A stretch of DNA of 64,000 nucleotides from a virus (lineage: Duplodnaviria; Caudoviricetes): positions 1 to 64,000 of IMG/VR virus record IMGVR_UViG_3300032038_000036; one strand, 5' to 3'. Position 1 is the stretch's first letter, and each line of letters starts with the position of its first letter. The notes beneath the pieces were generated by a model. The model worked only from the letters and a program-made list of their open reading frames with translations. It had not been told where the DNA came from and searched no databases. Of this stretch, positions 10,547 through 22,349 are shown in pieces. The translations under genes were made by a program, and so were the position numbers.

Positions 10547-12439
10547 ATGACAAAGAAAGAAAAGCTTGAACTTTATTACAGAGCTAAGGAAGCTTATTAT
10601 AATGGTCAGGAAATTATGACTGACTTTGAATTTGATGCACTTGAAAAGGAACTTGGACTTGAGAATAAGGCTCAGATCGGTGCTCGTCATAATCCTTCTT
10701 ATACAGTTGTTCATCCTTTCATTATGGGTTCACTTTCAAAAGTACAAATTCATAAGGATAAGGAAGGTAACATTGATTGGAAGAAATATTTTACTGAGGC
10801 TGCAAAATATTTTGGTCGCCATGAGGTTATCGTAACTCCTAAGTTTGACGGTTGTTCATTCGAATGTGAGTGCAAAGATGGTAAGATGCTTCAGATTTCA
10901 TCTCGTGGCGATGGTGAAACTGGTAAGGATTTGACAAAGATCCTTTGTGATTTCATTCCTAAGTCGCTTATTGAAATGAGTGGGTGGAATGTTTTCCGTG
11001 GAGAGGTTCTTGTCAGCAAAAAGGTTTATGAAGAGAAATATGCTGAGCAGTTTACAAATCCTCGTTCATTTGTATCGGGAGTTCTGAACCGCGATTATTC
11101 AGAAGATCCTGAATATCTTGCAATGAGAAATGATTTGTCAATTGTTATTTATGATTGGCGTCAAATCAGTAACGGTATTGTTAAGGACCGTGAGTGGACT
11201 AAACTTAATGTCCTGATGTCTGAAGCTGATTATCATTTGGGTGTTACTCCACAATTCTTCAAGACTCGTTATATTTTGAATGAAAATGACTTTGCTGATG
11301 TATATGCAGAGTTTGCTGAATACCGTCACAATTGCCCATTTGCTTTGGATGGCATTGTTATTAAGCCAACTGAAGATTTCCGAATTAATAATACAACTGA
11401 ACATCGTCCATCTGACTGTGTTGCAATTAAGTTCATTCCAATGCTTGAAGAGACTGAGGTTGTAAACATTACATGGAATCTTGGAAAAACTGGAGAATAT
11501 ACTCCAATTATTTGGGTTAACCCAGTCAATATGGATGGTCGAGATGTTCAGAAATGTTCTGGTCACAATTATGGATATCTAAAGTCAAAGGGTGTAACAA
11601 TTGGCTCAAAGGTTATTATGTCGCTTGCTGGTGATATTATTCCTTTCCTTTATAAGGTTACTCAGACAAATGATGGAGAAATTCCAATGCCTGAGGGAGA
11701 AACTCTTATTGATGATATTCATTTGATGGCTGTTCTTAATGAAAAGGATCATGCAAAACTAAAGTTTATCTATTCAGCAAATAGTTTGAATATTCCTAAT
11801 ATTGGTGGTGAAACTGCTAAGAAGATTTTTGATTATATTTCTTCAGTAGATCCGACAACTGCTGATTTCTTCGATGAGGCTGAGCCAACATTGAAATACA
11901 ATATTTTGGAATGTACTCCTGAGGAGATTTATTTTGGTGCAGGAGCTGGTAAGAATGGTTCAAATGCAAAGAAAGCTTTTGAGGAAGTTCTGAAGCAGTT
12001 GAGTTTGACCGATATTATCAAATCTTGTTCATTCAAACTCTGTGGTTCAAAGGTTGCTGAACAGTGCGCTAGTTATATTCTTACTGGAGATGCTGATTTT
12101 GAACACCTTGCAACAGAAGGTTATCAGTGGGTAAAGAACGAAAATTCAAATGAGCGTAAGGAGATTAATGAAATTTTGAATAAGATCGGAATGACAATTG
12201 ATGACTTCAAAGTTGTTCACGAAGCAATTAAGAAAACTACTTCAAATCAGATTCCTGTTATCCTAACAGGTGAGCCTAATGATTATAAGTCAAAGGGTGA
12301 GTTCCTTGCTTGTCACCCTGAATATCGTCAGACAGGTTCTTGGAAGGAGGTACAAATTGTATTTACAAATTCGCTCGAGTCAAATACTGGTAAGATGAAA
12401 AAGGCTCGTGAGAAGGGAATTGAACTTCGTTTATATTAA
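10547..12439 (+). CDS. ligA: NAD-dependent DNA ligase
   Basis: AYYNG..MTDxEFD, MGSLSK, KFDG adenylation motif, SRGDG, RGE, NPR, DGIVIK, AGDIIP, C-terminal BRCT-like SNTGKMKKAREKGI. Confidence 0.95.
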   Translation: MTKKEKLELYYRAKEAYYNGQEIMTDFEFDALEKELGLENKAQIGARHNPSYTVVHPFIMGSLSKVQIHKDKEGNIDWKKYFTEAAKYFGRHEVIVTPKFDGCSFECECKDGKMLQISSRGDGETGKDLTKILCDFIPKSLIEMSGWNVFRGEVLVSKKVYEEKYAEQFTNPRSFVSGVLNRDYSEDPEYLAMRNDLSIVIYDWRQISNGIVKDREWTKLNVLMSEADYHLGVTPQFFKTRYILNENDFADVYAEFAEYRHNCPFALDGIVIKPTEDFRINNTTEHRPSDCVAIKFIPMLEETEVVNITWNLGKTGEYTPIIWVNPVNMDGRDVQKCSGHNYGYLKSKGVTIGSKVIMSLAGDIIPFLYKVTQTNDGEIPMPEGETLIDDIHLMAVLNEKDHAKLKFIYSANSLNIPNIGGETAKKIFDYISSVDPTTADFFDEAEPTLKYNILECTPEEIYFGAGAGKNGSNAKKAFEEVLKQLSLTDIIKSCSFKLCGSKVAEQCASYILTGDADFEHLATEGYQWVKNENSNERKEINEILNKIGMTIDDFKVVHEAIKKTTSNQIPVILTGEPNDYKSKGEFLACHPEYRQTGSWKEVQIVFTNSLESNTGKMKKAREKGIELRLY

Positions 12440-12873
12440 TAAAATGAGAGAAGCAATATTTAAAACAAAAATGTCACGTGAAGAACTTCACGAATATTGG
12501 AAAAACTGGGCAAATGTATTTATTCCTGAGAATACTTGGGATAATGTATATTTGTTAAACTCAAATATTTATATATCTGTTTGTAAAATGGATAAGACCA
12601 TTATACGAGTTTATGGTCATAATCATATTCAACTTGGAATATTTGAACCAGATAATGGTTGTATTTGGGGAGATCATGGGATTTATGCATATTATCCAAC
12701 ATTGACATTTTACAATAACTTGAATAGAGTTGGTTGCAATTATGATGTTGGAAAACCTAATAATACACGAGTTGAAATGACTAAACAAGGAATGATTATC
12801 AACGAAGAGAATTTGTTAAAGGCAATTCGTGATAGCTTTGATTATATTAAAATTTTCGAAGATAAAGAATAAT

Positions 12874-13161
12874 ATGAAAAAGATTTTATTTATTTTAAGT
12901 TTAATTTTATTTATTGGGTGTGGTGAAGTTTCAAATGAACCTGTTCAAAAGAAAAATAATCAACCAGGGATTGAATTAATTGACACAACATGTGTTCAAT
13001 ATGATGTTCATATTGGTAATAATGATGTTGACGTTCGAGTAATTCCTGTTACTAAAAATGGTGAAACACACGATTATGTTGTTGCAACAGCAATTTTATA
13101 TAAAGCTGGTGGTATTTCAATTGAACATTGGGCGGGTTGTAATTGTTTTAAAAATAGATAA
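12874..13161 (+). CDS. predicted lipoprotein
   Basis: MKKILFILSLILFIG-C signal peptide II from ATG at 12874. Confidence 0.6.
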   Translation: MKKILFILSLILFIGCGEVSNEPVQKKNNQPGIELIDTTCVQYDVHIGNNDVDVRVIPVTKNGETHDYVVATAILYKAGGISIEHWAGCNCFKNR

Positions 13162-13600
13162 TAATGGATTACAAAAAGGTACATGATTCATATTTGGATC
13201 TTGTAAATAATCATATAGATGAATTAATTAATACTTGTAAGAATAATCATCAAGTAGTTCATCATAATATGAGAGAAAGTTTGATTTATAATTTAATGAC
13301 TCTTGTGTCTAATCATAAATATACAAAAGATTTATCTGAACTTGAAATGATTGGATTATTACTTGCTGGGTATTGTTATTATATGAATTTTGAAATTAAT
13401 GAATAATGAAATACATTTATGATTGATTTAATTAAGGAACATAAAGAACTATTTAAAAATCAATTATTAGATTATATTAATGATTCAATTGATACAACAA
13501 GAAAACAATTGAAGTCAAGTGTTGAAAGTTGCGATATAAATTATTTCAATGGATCATTAGATACTCTTGCTGAATTAAAAAATTATATTAAAGAAATGTA

Positions 13601-13996
13601 ATGAAAGATTTTACACATAAAGATTGTTGTATCAATTGTGAGAATTTTTGTTTTTGGGACGGTGACTATTGTTGCTTTCCCAATTTCAAGATTCATCAAT
13701 ATAATATAACATATTATCCTGAGTTTGATAGTAAACCTAATAAGGGTTATTTTTCAGATAATAGAATGTTTAGAGATATTGATAATACAATGGTTTTAGG
13801 TAAAGATTGTGAAGATTATCACAAATGGGGAACTTATATGTATGTTCCTGATTGTCCTAATGAATATCTCGAAGAATATAAACGATTTAAGGAATGGGAC
13901 AAATTATGTCATCAACTTGAACAACATGTTTCAGATCCATCAGGATATTATGAGAAAATAACAAAACCAATTTATTTCAACAAATACACAAGATAA
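13601..13996 (+). CDS. Cys-rich hypothetical protein
   Basis: CCINCENFCFWDGDYCC. Confidence 0.6.
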   Translation: MKDFTHKDCCINCENFCFWDGDYCCFPNFKIHQYNITYYPEFDSKPNKGYFSDNRMFRDIDNTMVLGKDCEDYHKWGTYMYVPDCPNEYLEEYKRFKEWDKLCHQLEQHVSDPSGYYEKITKPIYFNKYTR

Positions 13997-14197
13997 TATG
14001 AAAATAACATATAAAGTCGAAGGTGTTATTGAAATGACACTTGATAAAGAAGATTCAATTGAATATAATAATTCATCAGATAAAGATGCATTTGTTAAAC
14101 AATATTTTATAAATGCATTAGATGGATGTTCATCTGCTGGTGAAAATGAATTAGATTTTAATGTTAATTTTAACGGACTCCGTATTAAAGAAATAAT

Positions 14198-14857
14198 ATG
14201 ATAACATTAAGAAAAAGATTATCGGTTCATGATAGAGTAGGAAAAGTTACTGTTATTGATATGCTTAACGATCCTGCTGGTAATAATATTCCATATTATC
14301 TTATAAAAGTATTTGGAAAAAATAGATATTTATATATATGTCAGCAATGTGAATCATTAAATCAATATTGGGTCGTCGTTGATGAAGACAGAGCAGATTA
14401 TTGGATTTATAAATCATTTTTGGATATTAGAGATGATTATAAAACTTTTGCAATGTTTACAAAACGAGACAGAAGTTCATTCAAATATTGGTTTGCTCAT
14501 TGGTGCGGATTTCAATTAACTGCTCTTAATCTTGGTATTTGGAAACCTAAGTATTTATTACATGATATTGAAAAACCATGGCTTAAATTGTTATGGAGAG
14601 GTGATTATAAAAGAGTACAAAAATGGCATCGTACACACAATAGACATCATCTTGAATACGGATTAGAACATGGTTGGGATGCTATTGACTGGGAAGCATT
14701 AATGATTGATTGGGAATGCTGTGGCTTGTCAAAACAAGAAGCACAACTTGATGCTCGTGAAACTCTTGAATATGAGATTCAGAGAGAAAAATGGAAACCT
14801 TATGCAAATGAAATTTCATCTCATTTGGAAAAGTATTTGAATTTATATAATATGTAA
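14198..14857 (+). CDS. HD-like metal-binding protein
   Basis: LLHDIEK...HRTHNRHH...MIDWE. Confidence 0.6.
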   Translation: MITLRKRLSVHDRVGKVTVIDMLNDPAGNNIPYYLIKVFGKNRYLYICQQCESLNQYWVVVDEDRADYWIYKSFLDIRDDYKTFAMFTKRDRSSFKYWFAHWCGFQLTALNLGIWKPKYLLHDIEKPWLKLLWRGDYKRVQKWHRTHNRHHLEYGLEHGWDAIDWEALMIDWECCGLSKQEAQLDARETLEYEIQREKWKPYANEISSHLEKYLNLYNM

Positions 14858-15051
14858 TTATGGTTAAGATACTTCCTTGGATAACATTATGCAGTAAATG
14901 TAATGTACGTCTTGAATATAATAAAGAAGATGTATTTGATGAAGATCACACATATTCTATAGATGGTATAAATATAAAACACAATATATGTCATTATATT
15001 ATTTGTCCTAATTGTGGAGATAAAGTATATATTGATTAATTTTATATTATA

Positions 15052-15090
15052 TTTGAATTTTACAATATAAATACTATATTAATATTGTAA
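15052..15090 (+). promoter_or_regulatory. phage promoter motif
   Basis: 39-nt motif copy. Confidence 0.75.
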
Positions 15091-16817
15091 TTAAACAAAT
15101 AGATATGCTTACAATAATTGGACTTATAATTTTAGGATTAATTATTTTTGTAGGAGCGGGAATATTCGGGTGGATTCTTGAATTACTTGGATATGTATTT
15201 GAGTTCCTATGGGAAGGTTTTACTAAAAGTTTAGGCTGTCTATTTTGGGTATTCATTATTTTTTGTATATTAGTAGTTTTGTGTTGTTAAATGGAAAAGG
15301 TTGCATTTTTGAAATTGAAGAACAGTTCATTACAGGATTATGATAAAATTTGTATTGAAGATGTTCATAGTATGATTCCCGTAGTTGATAAAAAAGGTAA
15401 AGCACACCTTTTGATTAATTTCTATGATTGGGAATATTGCATGGATGCATCAACGTTTTGTGATGAAATTGAAGAAGTTATTATTGAGGAATATGAAGAC
15501 AAATCTAAGTAAACAAACAAAATACTTTAGAAGAATTTATAATCATGAATTATTGAAATTTGAATTAGAAGAAATTCCTTTAAATCGTGATAATTGGTAT
15601 TATGTTCAACTTGATGCATCAGTTAGAACAGTGTTTCTTAAATATAATTGTCCTCTTCCAAAGTATGGAATTATTGAAGAATTGACACATTATACAATTA
15701 TCAATTTAGTTAGAGATAATGTTAAAAGTGAAAAGGATTTGTTGCATTGGTATAAAAATCGAAGTAACATTCAATCTGATTTAGATATACAAGCAAAATG
15801 TAATTCAAATGATATTGAGGAAAATGAAAATTGGATAAAGTACGAATTTAAAATTATATAATATGAATAAGTCAAAAGCAATTTCAGAGATTTTTAATGT
15901 TGTTTTAACAAAGGGTATTGAAACATCAAAGAGTGATATCTTAGGAGAAGATATTGATGATAAAGTATACACCAAACGTATCAATATCAATAAAGATTAT
16001 GAGTTCAAGAATGGTGTTGACATGGTTGAAGTTGTAAGTGTTTCATTGACTTGTGAAAATGAAAATATGACTGGTGCAGCTCCTCGTAAAATTCGTATTA
16101 ACATGAAGAATAGAAACGGTTCTTGGGTTAATATTTTCTTGCATGAAGCACCAAATGAATTGATTGATTTTATTTATAAAAATATTTGTTAATCATTAAT
16201 GCCTAAAAACAAATATAAGAATATTTGGTTTGATGAACATCCTGTAATAAATTATGCTACATTTGAGGCATTTCCAATGATAGTTTTCGGACATAAATGT
16301 ATTTCTGAGGATTATCAAGATGGAGAAATATGGAGTGACGAAGAATATTGGGGTAGTATATTATATGATTTTGATGATGATAAATATTATCAAGCCCCAT
16401 GTTATATACAATCTGAAAAGGGATGGGAAGATTTAATTAATAGATGGAAACAAGATCATAAAGATCCATCTGATGGTAATATATCTGAAGATTTTGATTC
16501 TGAAGCCGATATTGAAGCAATCAATTTCTATAAGGAATATTTGAAAACTGATAAGAAACAAGATATAGAAGATTATTATAAAAAAGTATATGCAAACAAA
16601 GAATGAATTTATACAGGACTTCAAACAGCAAATAATTGATGGTGTACGTCGCAATATGCCAAAAGATTATCGCAATTCACAAGCATATGCTGAACAAAGT
16701 TTTGAAACAAAATTTAATCAAGCAGTAAATCATAGTTCGTTTGATTGGGTATTGGAAGAAGTACTTGAACAGTATTACAATCAATTAAGTGAATATGAAA
16801 ATATTTTAGGATATTAA

Positions 16818-17552
16818 ATGAAGAGAATTGTAATTGGAGACCCACATGGACGTTGGGGATTTGTTAAGCAAATATATGATAAAGAGCAACCAGATGAGGT
16901 AATTATATTGGGAGATTATTTTGATTCTTTCGATATTGATGTTTATACACAGAGAGAATCATACGAACATATAATTGAACTTCGTAAGGAACATCTTAAG
17001 AAATATCATCGTGGATTTGTAATGCTTATTGGTAATCATGATATGCATTATATGGATGAGAAATTTGGAAGATGCTCAGGTTGGAATGCTTTATCTGCTT
17101 CAGTTGCAGGATATCCACTTTGCCGCGACTGGGATAGAGAAATACTTCAAATGTGTTATATTGATGAAGTAAACAAAACAATATATTCACATGCTGGTGT
17201 TTCAATGAATTGGTTTACAAAGTGGTGTACTTCATTAGGAAATATCAATACATTAGAAACAAAAGCATTTGCATTTACATATAGAGATGGTGGAGATGCT
17301 TACGGTAGTTCAACATACAGTTCTCCACTTTGGTTACGTCCTGAAGGATTACAAAATTCAATGTATGTTGATAATGATGGTATAGTATGGAATCAGATAT
17401 TTGGGCATACTCAAGTTGATGCACCATTTCATTGGAAAATAAATGATGCTGACTTTTATGGAATTGACTGTATTTGGAAACATTATCTTGTTGAAGAGTT
17501 AGATAATAATCGTAAAGTAACAAAAAGATATTTAGGAGATGTAATGTCATGA
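16818..17552 (+). CDS. calcineurin-like metallophosphoesterase
   Basis: GDPHG, GDYFD, GNHD, HAG, GHT motifs. Confidence 0.92.
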   Translation: MKRIVIGDPHGRWGFVKQIYDKEQPDEVIILGDYFDSFDIDVYTQRESYEHIIELRKEHLKKYHRGFVMLIGNHDMHYMDEKFGRCSGWNALSASVAGYPLCRDWDREILQMCYIDEVNKTIYSHAGVSMNWFTKWCTSLGNINTLETKAFAFTYRDGGDAYGSSTYSSPLWLRPEGLQNSMYVDNDGIVWNQIFGHTQVDAPFHWKINDADFYGIDCIWKHYLVEELDNNRKVTKRYLGDVMS

Positions 17553-17754
17553 AAGTAGAATTAAAACAAATTATTGACCAGCTTACTGAAGCATGTGGTC
17601 TTAGTGATGGATATAAAGTTTCAGCATTAATTGATGATGAAAATGATAATAAAATTGTCGGGTGGACAATTGTAAAGGTATATGAAGACGGTCGTATTGA
17701 ACCTATTGATGATATCAAGTTTAATAATATTGATGAATTAATTAATGCATATCT

Positions 17755-18237
17755 ATGAAAATTAAAAAGTCAAGATTCTCTACAATGATAAGTGATTTAT
17801 ATGGTAGAGATAATTATGAAAGAGCTCTTAAAGTAGGGAGAGAATATTGGTGGGACTGGCCTTGGGATACTCCAGTTGGTCGAAAACATGGAGCTGGATG
17901 GCATAAGATAAGAATAACATATACTCGTTCACATTGTATGTTTTACATCTTTCCAGATTATCCCGATGTTCCTGAGCAATTTTGTGGATTTGGTAGTTTC
18001 TTAGCATCATCATTAGTTCTTGCAGATTTAAATCCTATTATGGATTTGCCTGATATTATGAAAGATGGAATTGATATTGCAGAACAAATGTATTGTTTTG
18101 ATGACACAAGAACAATTATTCATAATTGGGATAATTCAAGAGAAGGTGAAATTGATGAGAAAAATCTTGTAGATAAAAAACCAGAAATTGTATTTACAAT
18201 AATGGCAAGTAATATGAAACAAAAAAGCGAAGCATAA
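17755..18237 (+). CDS. hypothetical protein
   Basis: ORF; partial similarity to 7854..8387. Confidence 0.65.
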   Translation: MKIKKSRFSTMISDLYGRDNYERALKVGREYWWDWPWDTPVGRKHGAGWHKIRITYTRSHCMFYIFPDYPDVPEQFCGFGSFLASSLVLADLNPIMDLPDIMKDGIDIAEQMYCFDDTRTIIHNWDNSREGEIDEKNLVDKKPEIVFTIMASNMKQKSEA

Positions 18238-18249
18238 GCTTCGCTTTTT
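18222..18249. terminator. bidirectional terminator
   Basis: AAAAAGCGAAGC ataa GCTTCGCTTTTT between convergent genes. Confidence 0.85.
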
Positions 18250-18254
18250 CTATG

Positions 18255-18551
18255 TTAAAATTTTGGAACATTAATCTTAGGCATACTCATATTCGGCATG
18301 TTGTGCTTAATTGAGTTCATCATTGAATTAGGATTCATACCCTTCATCATTTGTGCCTGTTGCTTTTCTTGATTTTCGTTCTCTTTTTCTTGTTGTTTTT
18401 GAATTGCTTTTATTTCTTCAAGATATATTTCATATTGATAATACGGCATCTGATTAATCTCAGAAGGTTGAATATGATAATCTTTACAAATATATAAAAA
18501 GTTCTTCATCATCTGCTCAGTATCAATTCTGAACGGAGCATAAACTAACAA
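18255..18551 (-). CDS. putative baseplate hub/tail assembly catalyst (T4 gp51-like); start uncertain
   Basis: SEINQMPYYQYEIYLEEI motif directly after gp26-like gene. Confidence 0.5.
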   Translation of the reverse strand: MLVYAPFRIDTEQMMKNFLYICKDYHIQPSEINQMPYYQYEIYLEEIKAIQKQQEKENENQEKQQAQMMKGMNPNSMMNSIKHNMPNMSMPKINVPKF

Positions 18552-18600
18552 TAAATAAGAATCATAAATATCCTGTTCAGCTTTAGATAAAATAGAATAT

Positions 18601-19719
18601 TTATTTCTTTCCGAACTTCTTGAACTTTGACTCGTAAGAGAAGAGTTCTTTGATTGAGTTAGGAAATCGTATGTTAGATGTTACCTCCTCTCCGCAAATA
18701 GGACAATTTATAATTAACTTATTTGATGGAGTTACAATAATGTTACGAATAACATCATCCATAAATGAGAACATCTCTTCATCCCAACTCTTATATTTCA
18801 AGTTAAGCTCTCTAATTTGACGTGCTGCAATAGTTGCATCTTTTGAAAGTTTTGGAGTCATCCATGCAACAAAACGTAAGAATGTTTGGTCAATCTTGAA
18901 ATTACGATTTTCTTGAAGACGAGCAATAAGCCATGCTTTAATTGCTGCATCCTTTTCAAGTGTAGGAATATACAATTGAATTGGTTCTTCTCCTTCAATA
19001 CCAAATTCTGATGGGTCGATATACCAACATCTATTCTCACGATCGTAATACTTCATTACTTCTTCATCAGGGAAGTCATACATTAATGATTGTGAATTTA
19101 ATTCAAATTCAATTTCATTATCACATTCTGGACAATAATCAGTATACTTAATCTTTCGCTCACCATTACGGAATGTATATTCACGGGTAAGACATAAGAA
19201 GAAGAATCTATCCCAGTCTGACAAGTTACCCCAAGGAATTGGTTTACCACCAGGACCTACAATTGCAACACAACTCTTGATAACTTCATTGAAAACTTCA
19301 TCTACTGAATTTGGATTTTCATCATCAATATTTGACCAGTTACGAATTGCTTCAACAGTTGCAGGACGAATACGGAATGACCAATCTTCAGGATAATATG
19401 TTGCTCTCTTACCTAAAAGTGCAATATCAACTGGTAACCATCCTTCACGATATTCAGCATTTTTGATAATGTTTTCACCAATACGTGAAAGACCTTTCTT
19501 TTCAATCATTTCTTGGTCTGACTCTTTGTCAGCAAATGGATTATCACCTGGCTTATGATTTAATTTTGTTCCAAGATATCTTGCTGCTTCTGATTTAGGT
19601 TGTTCTTCAACTGAAGCAGCTTCCTCTTGTGGAGCTTCTTTTTGTGGTGTTTCTTCTGGAGCTTCAGGAATTTGCTCTGCTAATACCTTCTCCATTAATT
19701 CTTCATCACTTACACTCAT
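18601..19719 (-). CDS. putative baseplate hub assembly chaperone (T4 gp26-like)
   Basis: RIRPATV, DRFFFL..TRE, two CxxC motifs (CPEC, CPIC), C-terminal RFP. Confidence 0.55.
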   Translation of the reverse strand: MSVSDEELMEKVLAEQIPEAPEETPQKEAPQEEAASVEEQPKSEAARYLGTKLNHKPGDNPFADKESDQEMIEKKGLSRIGENIIKNAEYREGWLPVDIALLGKRATYYPEDWSFRIRPATVEAIRNWSNIDDENPNSVDEVFNEVIKSCVAIVGPGGKPIPWGNLSDWDRFFFLCLTREYTFRNGERKIKYTDYCPECDNEIEFELNSQSLMYDFPDEEVMKYYDRENRCWYIDPSEFGIEGEEPIQLYIPTLEKDAAIKAWLIARLQENRNFKIDQTFLRFVAWMTPKLSKDATIAARQIRELNLKYKSWDEEMFSFMDDVIRNIIVTPSNKLIINCPICGEEVTSNIRFPNSIKELFSYESKFKKFGKK

Positions 19720-19862
19720 GTTAAATAAACTCTATATATTTTTTGTATTGTTTCCGATTATATAAAAATATAACTATATATAGAAAAAATAGATTCTTTT
19801 AACAAATATTAATAAAAAAATACATAAATTATATTTATTTTCTTATTATTTTTTATATAATA

Positions 19863-19901
19863 TTTGAATTATAAACAAAAATAACTATATTATAATTGTA
19901 A
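19863..19901 (+). promoter_or_regulatory. phage promoter motif
   Basis: 39-nt motif copy. Confidence 0.75.
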
Positions 19902-19906
19902 TTAAT

Positions 19907-20263
19907 TTGGTAATGATTATGAATAAGAAAATGAGTAATTTTGATTTGAAAGTTAAGTTTGACACCGCGTTTGATAAAATCTTTTTCTCAAAAGAGTTTA
20001 TAAATGCAATGGTAAAGAAATTCGGAATTTGTCCAAACGGAATGACTTTCGATACTCGTTATGATGATGATGTTTCGGAGATTTATTTCGTTCTTGTTTC
20101 AAAAAGTTATGGATATGAATATTCTGGAGAGAGGGTTGTTGGAGACTATTCGTTGAATAAGTTTGAGTTCTCAAAAGAGATGTTCGATTTTGCAATTGAT
20201 TATTTGACAATGAATGATCGTGAGACTTGGGCCGAGATTGTCAATTACGAGTTTGGATATTGA
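19907..20263 (+). CDS. hypothetical early protein
   Basis: single ORF between promoter motif and terminator. Confidence 0.7.
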   Translation: MVMIMNKKMSNFDLKVKFDTAFDKIFFSKEFINAMVKKFGICPNGMTFDTRYDDDVSEIYFVLVSKSYGYEYSGERVVGDYSLNKFEFSKEMFDFAIDYLTMNDRETWAEIVNYEFGY

Positions 20264-20295
20264 AATTAATATTAAATTAAAAACTTACATATAGC

Positions 20296-20321
20296 AAAGG
20301 GTTGTCGTGAGACAACCCTTT
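20296..20321. terminator. bidirectional terminator
   Basis: AAAGGGTTGTC gtga GACAACCCTTT between convergent genes. Confidence 0.85.
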
Positions 20322-20323
20322 GT

Positions 20324-21163
20324 TTATTGTTCAAAACTTTCGTTTAACTTTTTACTAATCAATTTACTCTTTCTTATTTTTTCTGCTTCTTGTTTATCAT
20401 CCCAGTCAGGATCTAATGGCATTTGCTCTTTTAAGAAGTCATCAACAAATTCTTTATCAAATATAAATTTGCCTTCTTCATCTTTTTTAACTTTCAATAC
20501 TTCGTCTTTTTTGAACTTATCTGAAAGCATACGCTTATATCCTGCAGAGAATGCTATCCAAGCCATATCAATACCTTCTGTTATGATTGGATATTTATTT
20601 GAAAGAATTTCAGTAATACATTTATATGCACCTTTATGTCCAGCTTCTAAAACTTTTTCAGGTACTCTTCTTTGTCTATGTTGATTACCTTGTTTTGCAG
20701 TTTCAATATTACAGCATACCCAAACTAATGTAATATTATATCCACAAGGTTTTGCATATTTGATAACCTCTAAAACGTCTTCAGGATCATCAGATACCAT
20801 ATCCCATAATATATTAGGTAAGTTCTTTGTATCTGTATTTCTTTGGTCCCAGAAAAGTTTACGTTGTTTTCCCTTCCATCCATGATTTTTAACAGCAGCA
20901 TGTAACTTGAATGTATCTTCTGCTTTACTCAAATCATAATCATACTTGTCATCAATTTTACCAGCCTTTTGTAATTTGATATACATCTTTTTCATTTCAT
21001 CAACATCAACAGACTTAAATGAACCAAGTATCTTGTTGTCTTTAATAAAACCTTTACCACTTCCTGGGCCACCAGCAAGTATTACACATTGTCCGTAATT
21101 TGATTTTGCACTACCAAAATTAACTGCTTTCTTTTCAAGTATAAAACTTCTTATATCTTTCAT
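20324..21163 (-). CDS. P-loop kinase (zeta-toxin/AAA_33-like)
   Basis: VILAGGPGSGKG Walker A; VDVDE; RRVPE lid. Confidence 0.75.
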   Translation of the reverse strand: MKDIRSFILEKKAVNFGSAKSNYGQCVILAGGPGSGKGFIKDNKILGSFKSVDVDEMKKMYIKLQKAGKIDDKYDYDLSKAEDTFKLHAAVKNHGWKGKQRKLFWDQRNTDTKNLPNILWDMVSDDPEDVLEVIKYAKPCGYNITLVWVCCNIETAKQGNQHRQRRVPEKVLEAGHKGAYKCITEILSNKYPIITEGIDMAWIAFSAGYKRMLSDKFKKDEVLKVKKDEEGKFIFDKEFVDDFLKEQMPLDPDWDDKQEAEKIRKSKLISKKLNESFEQ

Positions 21164-21266
21164 TATAAATCAAATATATTCATTTATTGAAAATATACAT
21201 ATTCAAATGTATTTATTAAAAATAATAAAAACTTTCGATACTTTAAGATAATTTTTTCATATATTA

Positions 21267-21304
21267 TTTAATTTTTTAAGATATGTTCTATATTAATATT
21301 GTAA
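21267..21304 (+). promoter_or_regulatory. phage promoter motif (variant)
   Basis: 38-nt variant. Confidence 0.65.
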
Positions 21305-22292
21305 TAAAATTGAATAATATGGCAAAGAAAAAAGTTAAGTGGTACGAAGTTCGTTATTTTGATAACGGTGTATGGCATCAGGAAATGAGCCCCGGTCGTA
21401 GAGAAATGCGCGAGTTACACAAGCATTATCCTGGTTCTTTTTTCCGCGAGTATTATCTTTAACAAATTAAATTATATGAAATACGATTTTGCTGTAGAAA
21501 AACAATTTGAAAAGTTTGTAAAAAATACAACCTGTGGTACAGTATTAACTGACGCTCGACTTAAAATTATTAAAAAATATTTTCAATATTGTTATGAAGC
21601 TGGACATGCTCAGGGATATGCGGATAGAATTTATGATGAAAATGAAGAGGATTCTGATTTAAATAATTCAGATAATGTTTCTGAGTATTATGATAATGGT
21701 TATGATACTCGTACTGCTGAGAAATGGATGGATGATTTATCAAATGGATTAAACGATTAATATGAGTACATTATTTGAAACTTTTTACGATAGTTTTTGT
21801 CATGAACTGCATCTCGGAGATCCTGTGTTCATTAAAGTTAAAGGGCACTTTATTTTCGGAGCTGTAGTAAAGTTTGACTATGATAAAAGTGGTAATCAGA
21901 AGTTTACTGTTGTTCCTTCTGCAAAATATAAGGGAGCAGGAATTGATGATTTGAAGCGTTCATATAAAGTTTCAGATAGGAATATATTTTTAGCAACTAT
22001 TAAGAAGAAAGAAAATGAATAGAAAAGAATACAAATTTAATTCGGCACAGGAAGCTCTTGATTGGCTTCGTTCAAATGATGGTTATCTTCTTGATGAATA
22101 TGGTAATAAATATTTCATTGATAATGACAATGAAAAATTAGGTAAAGAACTTTGGGGTATGAATGATGAGGGTGTTTGGGAAATATACGATATTGTATAT
22201 TATACTGATGAAGAGTTTCTTGAATATCATGCAGATGATTTTTCAGATTTAGATGGTTGGTTGCATATTTAATGAATATTTTTCATATAATA

Positions 22293-22331
22293 TTTGAAAT
22301 TTTGAAGATAAGTACTATATTATAATTGTAA
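22293..22331 (+). promoter_or_regulatory. phage promoter motif
   Basis: 39-nt motif copy. Confidence 0.75.
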
Positions 22332-22349
22332 TCAAAATAAATAAACAAT

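Noticed and set aside
20324-21163. Zeta toxin-antitoxin system
   Set aside because: Only a P-loop kinase fold is evident, with no adjacent antitoxin
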